This document shows, in pieces, positions 10,589 to 20,195 of a stretch of DNA of 64,000 nt. The translations under genes and the position numbers were made by a program. The notes under the pieces are model-generated. The model saw only the letters and a list, made by a program, of their open reading frames with translations, did no database searches and was not told where the DNA came from. This stretch comes from Albugo candida (Eukaryota), in contig JBDOQK010000018.1 of NCBI GenBank assembly GCA_040437565.1, positions 1 to 64,000 of the forward strand, written 5' to 3'. How positions within the stretch are numbered: the stretch's first letter is position 1; every line of letters begins with the position of its first letter.

Positions 10589-11632
10589 ATGATGAACGTC
10601 TACAAATGCACTGAAAAGCGATGGAAACAGTGTGTTGTGTTCCAAAATAATACGCTTCGAAGTAGTCCGTATTTTTTTGATTGGGAGAATCCGGATACAG
10701 AGGAAAATCACACTCAATCGGCCGATACATATTGTCGACCGGATGATAGAATTTGTCCGATTATCAGCTTTGATTTGCGTCAAGTCGATCCACATTGGGA
10801 ACAGCATCGAGGCTTCTATCTGATTCCCAATGCTATCGATAGTAAAAGTCAGCTGAGACTCGCGCGTGCTTGTCTGTACGTAACTTCTCTTCTACAGATT
10901 CATGATCCTTAGCATGTCTTCATTTGCAGTGCCGAGTTTATCGAGGAGCCTAATGTCACAAATATGCACTTACAGGGTCTCAAGGTCGGTCGAATTAGTA
11001 AAGCAAAGTTCATTGGGGCTGATGGTGCTCATTGATAGATATCTCATCTGTGGGATAAAGCATGTGAGGGCTTCTCTGGAAATCCAATGAGCTGTAAACT
11101 GTTTCGTAAGCTTCATTGGGCTACGGCAGGATACCATTATGACTGGACAGCTCGAAAGTATGACCGAAAAAGTTTTTCAAAGGTGCCCAAATTACTGTCC
11201 GATCTTGCGGTATCCTATGCTCGTGCCTGCAACCTCAATATCATTCCCGAGGCTGTTATCATAAATTTTTACACGACAAAATCATTGATGGGTGGACATC
11301 GAGATGATGTGGAGGATACAATGGATCCCCCTGTCATTTCAATATCTCTAGGCAGTCCATGCGTCTTTTTAAAAGGAGGGAATACTAAGGAAGTTGTACC
11401 GCTAGAAATTATGCTTCGAAGCGGTGATGTGGCAATATTGAGCCAAGAGTCCAGATTGAGTTACCATGGAGTTGCCCATATAATTCCAACAGCATTTCAC
11501 ATCGATGAGGAGGCATGGACTTGTCTGCTAGAAGAAGAGAGCGACCGTATCGAAGAATACAAAACCATCCGATCGCTATTAAGCTCCTACCGAATCAACA
11601 TCAATATTCGACAAGTGTACCCTGGAGTATAA
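10589..11632 (+). CDS. ALKBH1: AlkB homolog 1 (Fe/2OG dioxygenase), spliced
   Basis: KLHWATAGYHYDW, EAVIINFY, MGGHRDD (HxD), ISISLG, LRSGD, YHGV, RININIRQV; upstream exon GFYLIPNAI. Confidence 0.92.
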
Positions 11633-11884
11633 GAAAAAGTCGTTTCAATTCCATCAACGCGAGCAATGTTTTACTAGCCTCAGTATGAGATGAATACCTC
11701 AGACGGCAAGTGTCCTCTTAGTCAAATGGCTGGTTGCTTTCCTGACGTATTCTTAAGAGCAACACAATGCAAATGAACATCTGCAATCATTGACCGCGAC
11801 ATGTTTGTGATATTTCTGGTGCTTACTGCTGCTTAGCTCGCTTGCCATTTACTGTGATTTTGTGCACAATGTACGGAGCATCAA

Positions 11885-13900
11885 TCATCCCCGTACCGCC
11901 TTGCGCATCATGAGACGCTGAAATCGTTCCTGAACGAGCTGACGCTCTGCGATGCGGTCAAATTTCATATTCTCCATATTCTGTCGCCACAATGTCAACT
12001 CTTGTTCGGGTATCGCATCGTATTGATGCGATTCTTTCCCCAAAGAACGCAATTTGACATTTGGCGCCTTCCATCCCATTGAGCATAAGAGTCGCAATTC
12101 TTCCGCATCGTCTACAATGTCCACAAATGTTTCTGGAACGGTGTCCGAATCAATTCTGCGATTTTTTAGCTCCAAATTCGAATCAGTCAGCTTTTTCTCG
12201 TGAGGAGATTGTCGAACAGACTTGTATTGATGATGGTGGGAGGTCTGATGGATGGCATTCACCTCAACCGTTTTCCGCTGCTTTTTGGCTTTTTCGTAAT
12301 GTCGTTTCCGTTTCTTTCGATCGCTTCGTCGCGCACGGACCTGAGCAAGACGCTGAACATCTCGATCTTCTTCTTCGAGCAGTTGTGCCATCAACTCGTG
12401 GCCATGATAGCGTTCAACAGAATCTTCAAATTTTCGGCGAATGGATACTACGATACAGTATACAGTCAAGCGTTCATGGAAACCGTTTTTGAGAGATTTC
12501 CATAGAGTTTGTATTTGAAGCCATAATCGAACTCCGAGACAATTCAAAACCTCGTCTCGTGCTTGGGTCGTTGTCGAAATCGTGACATTTCTCCGCGTCC
12601 AATTTTGATTTGCAAAGGTAACGAGCTGGAGTAAGGTATCAAAGCAGATAGATAGTCTAACATGTTGACTTTGACTCGGGACTGGCTCCAATAGCAAGAT
12701 GCTTGTTGCAAAAGCGGTCGACTTACGAGCTAATCGACACGCTACCAATTCCTTGTATGCTGCAAAAATATGCCGTCTGGATGCTTCAGACAGCCCAAAT
12801 CGATCAATATCAGCTTCCAAATCCTTACACAGCTTGGAGGTCGGAATACAGGTGACTTGCTTCTGTTGTTGGGAAGTAAGATGCAACCATTGAATTCGAA
12901 ATTTGGCTGGAATTGGACGTTTCGCATCCGGGCGGCCAGAATGTATAGTACAGCGACATCGTGTGTTCTTTTTCGGCACTGCCTGTGATCGATTCGCAGC
13001 AAACAGAATTCCACGCATGTTCTTCCCATAGCTTTCATAATGCAGAAATAGACACAGCGTGTCAAGTGGATTGACCAACACTACGTCGGAAAGTGAGAAG
13101 ACATCCTCATTGATGACTTTGATCCCATATTGTTCCATTTTCGTCTCTTTTTTGCAAAAAACAGAATTGAGCCTTTCATCGACATGCATCTGGCACTCGG
13201 CGCACGTTGATACAAGCGATACTGCTGAGGAGATCCCGACTCTCGATACCATCATAGCTTCGTTTCGTTCCCTAGAGCTCAGTAAGCTCCACTTTTGATT
13301 GAAATCACGTATCTGTGCGTCCGAAGGCTGATGGCAATCACAATGAAATGTCTTTGGTATTTTCTCAGATAGCGNNNNNNNNNNNNNNNNNNNNNNNNNN
13401 NNNNNNNNNNNNNNNNNNNNNNNNNNNNNNNNNNNNNNNNNNNNNNNNNNNNNNNNNNNNNNNNNNNNNNNNNNAGAATTGAGCCTTTCATCGACATGCA
13501 TCTGGCACTCGGCGCACGTTGATACAAGCGATACTGCTGAGGAGATCCCGACTCTCGATACCATCATAGCTTCGTTTCGTTCCCTAGAGCTCAGTAAGCT
13601 CCACTTTTGATTGAAATCACGTATCTGTGCGTCCGAAGGCTGATGGCAATCACAATGAAATGTCTTTGGTATTTTCTCAGATAGCGGATTTGATAAAGAT
13701 ATAACAGGTGGATTGCGATCATTTGTACTGTCAAATGCGACGTCGATCTTATGCTCTTGGATTGGATCATTCTCGTTGATAAGACAAATTTGTTCGTGTG
13801 AGTGAGTCCGATGTGAGAGCAGAGTTGTGAGACACTTCCAAAGCGCTATACTGTTGCGCCAAATGTAATGCAAAACCGTTCTTGAGACGCACAGAAACAT
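11885..13900 (-). CDS. Gametogenetin-binding protein 2 (GGNBP2)-like; contains an artefactual duplicated segment
   Basis: CAEC, RCTIHS, QARDEVLNCLGVRLW..IQTLW, IRRKFEDSVE...QLLEEE followed by a basic run, as in GGNBP2; start uncertain. Confidence 0.7.
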   Translation of the reverse strand: MFLCVSRTVLHYIWRNSIALWKCLTTLLSHRTHSHEQICLINENDPIQEHKIDVAFDSTNDRNPPVISLSNPLSEKIPKTFHCDCHQPSDAQIRDFNQKWSLLSSRERNEAMMVSRVGISSAVSLVSTCAECQMHVDERLNSXXXXXXXXXXXXXXXXXXXXXXXXXXXXXXXXXXLSEKIPKTFHCDCHQPSDAQIRDFNQKWSLLSSRERNEAMMVSRVGISSAVSLVSTCAECQMHVDERLNSVFCKKETKMEQYGIKVINEDVFSLSDVVLVNPLDTLCLFLHYESYGKNMRGILFAANRSQAVPKKNTRCRCTIHSGRPDAKRPIPAKFRIQWLHLTSQQQKQVTCIPTSKLCKDLEADIDRFGLSEASRRHIFAAYKELVACRLARKSTAFATSILLLEPVPSQSQHVRLSICFDTLLQLVTFANQNWTRRNVTISTTTQARDEVLNCLGVRLWLQIQTLWKSLKNGFHERLTVYCIVVSIRRKFEDSVERYHGHELMAQLLEEEDRDVQRLAQVRARRSDRKKRKRHYEKAKKQRKTVEVNAIHQTSHHHQYKSVRQSPHEKKLTDSNLELKNRRIDSDTVPETFVDIVDDAEELRLLCSMGWKAPNVKLRSLGKESHQYDAIPEQELTLWRQNMENMKFDRIAERQLVQERFQRLMMRKAVRG
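13163..13686. repeat. Gap-flank direct duplication 13163-13374 / 13475-13686
   Basis: Same 212 nt either side of gap, inside the GGNBP2-like CDS. Confidence 0.9.
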
Positions 13901-14223
13901 CGACAGGTTTTCCTGTGTGTGCGAACGTTGCTGGTATACGAGGTACGAACATCCAACACATCGCGAAAGTACGTCTACGAACGTGGAAAGCGCAGAGGTC
14001 TTTAGAAAACATCAAATCTGAGCAAACCAATCACCATTCACGACTTTGAATAGGAATTGCTGAGTGAGAATGCGATTATTACAACCTGAGCCTACGCTAT
14101 GCTTTTGACATTCAATAACATGAACAATTTGAAGTCACTGCAAGCTGATAAAGCCAGGTCGAGAACTTTAGCAGGCAAACAAAAACTTTATTTCAAATTT
14201 CATTTGCTAGCTGCATTGCAAGT

Positions 14224-14601
14224 CTACTTGCAGACTTGTTCCAAAATGTCAATTCGTTTACGCAAAAGGGTATTCTCTTTCTGAAGTTCTCGTTCCAGGA
14301 CTTTCAGTGTGTTTTTTATTTCCGCGGTAGAGTCTTGAATGGACTTGTTGATTGCATAGAGTCCAAAGGCGCCAGCAACAGCGAATCCCACACTGAAAGA
14401 AAGTAAGCGTTGACCAAGAGTGTTGCGTGATCCTTTCTCTGGCTTTGTTATTGGAGGTGGTGAGGCAATCGGTACGCTCTTGGAATTATAAATCGACTTT
14501 TCGGTCTCATTAGAGAAGAACCTTTGTACTTTTGACCTTTTCACCGATTTACTAGCTTGAAAAACTCCGATCTGAATCAAGCTTTTTCGTCCCGCCGTCA
14601 T
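14224..14601 (-). CDS. Small, probably mitochondrial, single-TM protein with C-terminal coiled coil
   Basis: Basic presequence-like N-terminus ending RFFS, TM LLSFSVGFAVAGAFGLYAI, coiled coil LERELQKENTLLRKRIDILE. Confidence 0.7.
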   Translation of the reverse strand: MTAGRKSLIQIGVFQASKSVKRSKVQRFFSNETEKSIYNSKSVPIASPPPITKPEKGSRNTLGQRLLSFSVGFAVAGAFGLYAINKSIQDSTAEIKNTLKVLERELQKENTLLRKRIDILEQVCK

Positions 14602-14727
14602 AGCTCTTGCATAAAACGACCTTAATAATAGCCTCCAAGTGATGTTGCTGTGAAACCGAACCTTGTGTCCTTTCAATATATCAGGCGGAGAAACCTCGAC
14701 CACTTTGACGTAGGCAACTTACGTGCA

Positions 14728-16434
14728 ATGAGATCTGTTACCGATACTACCACTATTTCCAATGGAGCGCAATTGAAACAATTACAGCGAGAGTATCGGA
14801 ACATGGAAATGAATCGAAAAGTATACGCTGATCAAGTCAACCGCGTGGTGAAACGGCAGCAAAACACAATCGACAAATTGAGAAAAGAAAATGGATTATT
14901 GAAAGAAGAAGTGAATCTTTCAACCCGCCAAGAGAACGGCTCTTCACTGCATCAGCAACAAGAGCAATCCGCCAAAGCGAGAGACCAGATACGTAGATTG
15001 CAGAAGAAAATTGGCTCGGAACAGCAGAAGTTTGACAAAGTAAGTAAACTAGTAGAATCTATGCGACATCAAGTGCTGTATCAGAAGAAAAATATGGGAG
15101 GTGTGCATGCACCGAAAGACAATCAAGAGCTTGTGCAGAAACAAATCAGAATTTTGGAGAATCGATTGCATACATCTCAGTCAAAGTTTAATAGAACATT
15201 AGCTCAGAATAAAATATACAGAGATGAGATTGATGATCTGCGACGTGAACGGCTTATTTTCGATGATATCTACAGAAAAATTGAAAAAGAACATGCTGAC
15301 AAGAAGAAGCAAATGACTGAAACCATCGAATGGAGTAATCAGGCTTATCAGCAAAGAGATGACTTCCATCGACAGATACGAGAACTTCAAGAAAAGAACC
15401 GGCAAGAAATGGAAGCTCATCGTAAGGCTATGGCAGAATCGCAGCATCGAATAGATGAGATAATAGGGACGGGACGTACTGATCCGACCTCTTCTATATC
15501 AAGTACTTACAAGGAGCGAGTTGCAGGATGCAGGACAATCGAGACAAATGTTATCGGTAGAGAGTATGAGAGAAGGAAGGAAGATCCCGCAGTAGACGTA
15601 CATTCGAACCAATTGTGGGAGAATTGTGAAGAGGCGATGCGGAAGATACAAGCGGCCACAGGTTTCAGCGATCCTAATAAATTAGTCGACACTTTTCTTT
15701 CAAGAGAGAATCGGAATTTCTCCCTCTTCAACCACGTTAATGAACAACATGACGAGATTGAAAGAATGCAACAAGTGTACGAGAATTCACGGGAAAGAGA
15801 ATTGGCTCTCGATGATGAATGTTGTGGTGACGGTCAACATCAAGGACAGAGGTGTAATGACAAAGACATCCTCATGAGAAAATCAGCGAACAGCAATGAC
15901 ACGGATATAGATCATCGTCGATTGATGCAAAGTTACGAAGCAAAGTGCCTGCTTACTCGTAAAATAATAAGCGCTGTACGATTCCACGTGCAGACCCTGT
16001 ATACTAAGATTGGGTGCAATACAAAGACACCTTCGGAGTGCTCCGACATGATAATGACAGAAGGAAATATAATCCAGTCTCTTGCCACAATTGAAGAACA
16101 TGCAGATCGAATCCTACAAGAGTATGCAGCAGTGGTTCAAGATGGAAAATCATCAATGGTATCACAAATAAGCAAAGGTAGTGGTCAAATTGTTCAAAGT
16201 CAGAACAGCATCATTCATGGTAAACACGAACCAAAACTATCACTTTTGATGCAACATGCGATGCGAATGGGTGTGTTGATTGCAAGCGATCAAGATCACA
16301 TGCAAATTGGTTTTGCAGATTTGCAGCATTCTAGTGATGAGGACAGTGTCTCGAATCAGAAAGCATCAGATGAACAGATTCGTGGAAGTATTGGGCACAG
16401 AAACTTTCATATTCATAAAAGTGAGCAAGAATGA
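14728..16434 (+). CDS. Outer dynein arm docking complex subunit DC2 (ODA1/CCDC63/CCDC114-like)
   Basis: Long coiled coil; LQREYRNMEMNRK, MGGVHAPKDNQELVQKQIRILENRL, IDDLRRERLIFD, FLSRENRNFSLFNHVNE. Confidence 0.88.
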   Translation: MRSVTDTTTISNGAQLKQLQREYRNMEMNRKVYADQVNRVVKRQQNTIDKLRKENGLLKEEVNLSTRQENGSSLHQQQEQSAKARDQIRRLQKKIGSEQQKFDKVSKLVESMRHQVLYQKKNMGGVHAPKDNQELVQKQIRILENRLHTSQSKFNRTLAQNKIYRDEIDDLRRERLIFDDIYRKIEKEHADKKKQMTETIEWSNQAYQQRDDFHRQIRELQEKNRQEMEAHRKAMAESQHRIDEIIGTGRTDPTSSISSTYKERVAGCRTIETNVIGREYERRKEDPAVDVHSNQLWENCEEAMRKIQAATGFSDPNKLVDTFLSRENRNFSLFNHVNEQHDEIERMQQVYENSRERELALDDECCGDGQHQGQRCNDKDILMRKSANSNDTDIDHRRLMQSYEAKCLLTRKIISAVRFHVQTLYTKIGCNTKTPSECSDMIMTEGNIIQSLATIEEHADRILQEYAAVVQDGKSSMVSQISKGSGQIVQSQNSIIHGKHEPKLSLLMQHAMRMGVLIASDQDHMQIGFADLQHSSDEDSVSNQKASDEQIRGSIGHRNFHIHKSEQE

Positions 16435-16799
16435 AAATCGAAAGCAAATATATATCCAATACGGCGACTTACGGGTCTCGTACATTTGGGAGATTGCTAG
16501 AGTAGGAGTTCATCAGAGATCAACCGATACTGTTGGTACAAACATGTCGCGCTGATTGTCGTGACCATTGTGCTGATAATACTATCATTTATTTATTGTG
16601 TCCTTTGCGCGTAGTTGTAGTATTTCCACAGAATTTGGTCAGGTACAAAGCGATTGTCAAGGCTCTGATATATTATTATGGATTCATGCTAAGAAATGAC
16701 TTTTGAGAGAGACGAAGGAGTGTCAAAGAGAAAGGAGGAAGAAGAGGTCGGGTCGTATCGATTATATGTAGATTAGCTACAAATGGTGAGTGCAATAGA

Positions 16800-17798
16800 T
16801 CAAGTTTCATCTTCTGTGTGACGTGACTTGAATCCGAATTTTACTTTATCTTCGTTGACCATCCTGAATTCAGTGATGTAATCAGTGGAAAATCGACTGC
16901 CCAGGATCCAATGATTAGCACCCGGCGCACTAGGTTCAATTGCCATGTAGCAATAATCACTGCCGGGAAAGATTTGCATTATATAAGCGCTTGGATTGAA
17001 TTCGTATATTTTCGAATCGTCTTGAAAATTAAGCCGAATTTTTGGCAATGAGTGTATTTCAGCATCTTCACATATGAAACTGCCCTCCAATTCCAGTCCT
17101 TTAGACGCACCGATGCGCGCTCTTTCCATAACTTCCGAGGATAAATGTAGCCATACATGTTGTGGAACCACGCTAGATAGACTTGTATAATTAAAGCGCA
17201 CTTGTTGTTCTTCCCAACATTGCGAATCAAAATTCTGAACTCTCGCCTTTATATCACCGAAAACGTAGGACGATGGGTCATAAAATGCATCATAGTAAGT
17301 CTTCTCTTCTTCATTCAAGTCTGCAAAAGCAAGTAACCTTGGAACGATTGATTCCTCCCAATAGAAAAGAAGGGCATAATGTCTTTTCAGTCTTAGATAC
17401 CCAAGTAGCGCCTCAATCGAAAAAGGCACCTTCACACCCCTTGTCTGGTATGTTGCTTCATCACTCCTAGTCTTGATTCGTTTTCTCTCTGATGCGATCT
17501 CCCTGTCCAAGTCAAGTCCTGCTTTTCGCTTTTGGCCGATCTTCACGTTAAATTGCCCATCTAAGGACCCGCTTACGTCCGTTGCTGAACGAACCAAACG
17601 AGAAGTGGATTTATTATTCAAGTCAATCACTGATTCAAATGCGGGGTACGACGCGGCGAACGAATACGATTGAGCTTGACAAAGTAACAAATCCTTATTT
17701 TCCACATGCACAGGGACAATTAACTGTGGAATTGGTACTGAGTTGACCAGTGTCCTGAAACTATGGACGAGAAAGATTTGCACAAACACGATGTTCAT
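16800..17798 (-). CDS. Secreted aspartic-protease (pepsin A1)-like protein lacking catalytic DTG/DSG motifs
   Basis: Hydrophobic N-terminus; pepsin C-lobe LPKIRLNF..YEFNPSAYIMQ..CYMAI..WILGSRFSTDYITEF...VKFG; no D[TS]G in 332 aa. Confidence 0.7.
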   Translation of the reverse strand: MNIVFVQIFLVHSFRTLVNSVPIPQLIVPVHVENKDLLLCQAQSYSFAASYPAFESVIDLNNKSTSRLVRSATDVSGSLDGQFNVKIGQKRKAGLDLDREIASERKRIKTRSDEATYQTRGVKVPFSIEALLGYLRLKRHYALLFYWEESIVPRLLAFADLNEEEKTYYDAFYDPSSYVFGDIKARVQNFDSQCWEEQQVRFNYTSLSSVVPQHVWLHLSSEVMERARIGASKGLELEGSFICEDAEIHSLPKIRLNFQDDSKIYEFNPSAYIMQIFPGSDYCYMAIEPSAPGANHWILGSRFSTDYITEFRMVNEDKVKFGFKSRHTEDET

Positions 17799-18754
17799 CG
17801 AAGTCGAGAAATTTATAAATGATCACAAAAAGTGCTCTGTAATATTTCATCCCGGAACCGAGCAATGCTCGTTCGTGGCATAAAGGCATACAGTGAAGTT
17901 GTACGCATGTAGAAATTTTAAAGCCGAAACAAGTTTTGAGCACATGAAGTGTTGCTTTTCATCAAGGTGTACTGGATCGAATGTGTTTATTTTCTCTGTA
18001 CGTATCTTTCTATAATTTAAATTACGGTAATAAACACCACCGTAGCAACGTGTGGCTGTGCAGGTGCGAATCTAATACTTGAGTATACACTTCAAGCAAG
18101 TCCAGATTATTATCATTTAGAAGTCTGAGATAAAATGAATGCTATTTAACCAATCCTCGTTCCTGATCGGGTTTGAATCGCAGTCCATATTACCATGTTT
18201 GGAGCAAGAACTTACTATGTATTGTATGGCTTAGAAGGAACACATCTTCATCCACTCATCACGTCACTCCAAACCCTAATTCATTGGACCACACTATCAA
18301 AGAGCGACAAAAAGAGCTCGATATGGGCATTGCATTGCCGGGTGGCCATACCAACAGGAGTAGACTGATGCAAAAAAGCATATGCATGAATTCACTGGAC
18401 ATGATTCGATCAAGGCTGGCTGTTCTGATGAGGACATACGTCGCAATCTTAAATGCGTGGAAACTAGATCTACCCAATCTGACTGGACTTTCTTAATCGA
18501 ATCAATGTATGGGTGATTATATGGAGACTGAATTAGCCTATTCCGGGCTTAAGAACGCGATGGAGACCGCAAACTTTACTGGTTTAATGGCACCACCAGA
18601 CTCAATTGATTATCGATCTGATTATGTATTGTCTGGTGCAAAAAATGGGAGCATTGTGCTCGCCCTTGCACAAGGTAGCAACTGTATATCCAAATCTATC
18701 AGGAACGTGTAATTAAACTGTTCAAAAATACCTTGGATCGTCTTTTCTTTGGAG

Positions 18755-19251
18755 CTAGTGACTTGCAGATACAGATGCCTTGCAGTAAGATGTCATCTCT
18801 TATGAATATGACCGTGGTGCCTAACACCTTTTGACACACCGTCGAAGCCTATTTGTAAATCGCTCTTGGCTGTCAGTTGCTATAAACGTTATGCTATGCT
18901 CAGATTGTTACAATTCTTCACTAATAGTAAACTATATCACATCCCGTTCGTATNNNNNNNNNNNNNNNNNNNNNNNNNNNNNNNNNNNNNNNNNNNNNNN
19001 NNNNNNNNNNNNNNNNNNNNNNNNNNNNNNNNNNNNNNNNNNNNNNNNNNNNNCTAGTGACTTGCAGATACAGATGCCTTGCAGTAAGATGTCATCTCTT
19101 ATGAATATGACCGTGGTGCGTAACACCTTTTGACACACCGTCGAAGCCTATTTGTATTCGCTCTTGGCTGTCAGTTGCTATAAAGGTTATGCTATGCTCA
19201 GATTGTTACAATTCTTCACTAATAGTAAACTATATCACATCCCGTTCGTAT
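18755..19251. repeat. Gap-flank direct duplication 18755-18953 / 19054-19251 with mismatches
   Basis: ~199 nt repeated with three differing sites. Confidence 0.9.
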
Positions 19252-19543
19252 GTAATGTATATCACCAGAAGACTCGGTCGGTATCACAAAAGTACGATGA
19301 AAGGTTTTTGAAGACCACGAGTCGGAGGTAATTCAAAGATATATAGATGGACATTTAACTGTGTTTCAGCCGCCTATTATGACTAAACTGGCATAAGAAT
19401 AATTTTAGTTATCTATCACTTCGGATGGACTAATTATTTCAGCGGATGCTCCTATGCCTCGATCGGGGGCAGTGAAATAGTCAAAGCTTCTGACGGCGTC
19501 AAGTCGAAACGTCGCGATACACTTGTGTCGGGTCCCAATAAAA

Positions 19544-20081
19544 ATGTATGAAAAGTTGGTGTCAAATGATCGGACAGATACTGTGTTAGCGCGACTCGGG
19601 GAGGCAGGTGTGAAGACAGTGACGGCCTTTTCCTCGTCTTATGATGATCGTTTTCCTTCTTCTTTGGATGGAATCAGTACATTTCATACCGCCTTGTTGT
19701 GAATTGGTGATGCTCAGAGATGTTTCTCTTCCATGTAGTCACTCGTAAAGAATTCGCCATTTGTATGCAGTCAATCAATGATACTGTCGCAGAGTATTTT
19801 CCGTGTGTGCCTTGCTATGCGATTGGCTACTTTTGTTGCATGACAACCTTCGGACTCTCTCTCTGTTGTCAAGAACCATGCACACGAGATGTATGTTTGC
19901 TAGCGCATTGTCTCATTTGTATTCATTCTTCATACTGTAGCTAGAAGTGAATTTACACCGAGTGCTGCGCCAAGTCAGCAATCGAGAAGTCTTTCTGTAC
20001 CGGGGGATTTATTGGCGGTTTCGGCGGTCCGTGCGCTCTCACGTTTCATACATAGAAATTTGTCAAGCAACGTATGATTAG
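19544..20081 (+). CDS. Erf4/Golgin-A7 (CHIC)-like Cys-rich membrane-associated protein, 3 exons
   Basis: Spliced by hand: MYEKLVSNDRTDTVLARLGEAG...YDDRFPSSLDGI|ITRKEFAICMQSINDTVAEYFPCVPCYAIGYFCCMTTFGLSLCCQEPCTRD|LEVNLHRVLRQVSNREVFLYRGIYWRF...SYIEICQATYD*; both introns GT-AG and frame-consistent. Confidence 0.7.
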
Positions 20082-20195
20082 TAGTTAAATCAGGGCGTCT
20101 ATGTAGTCCAATACAACGGCATTTGGATTTCTTGTTATAGTAAATTTCTTTTGGAATTCACGGTACTGAATCACTGCATTCCAATCAATCAAAAT

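Noticed and set aside
18173-18712. Short ORFs in the gene-poor stretch, possible transposon or effector relic
   Set aside because: No recognisable motif in any frame I translated and no terminal repeats seen
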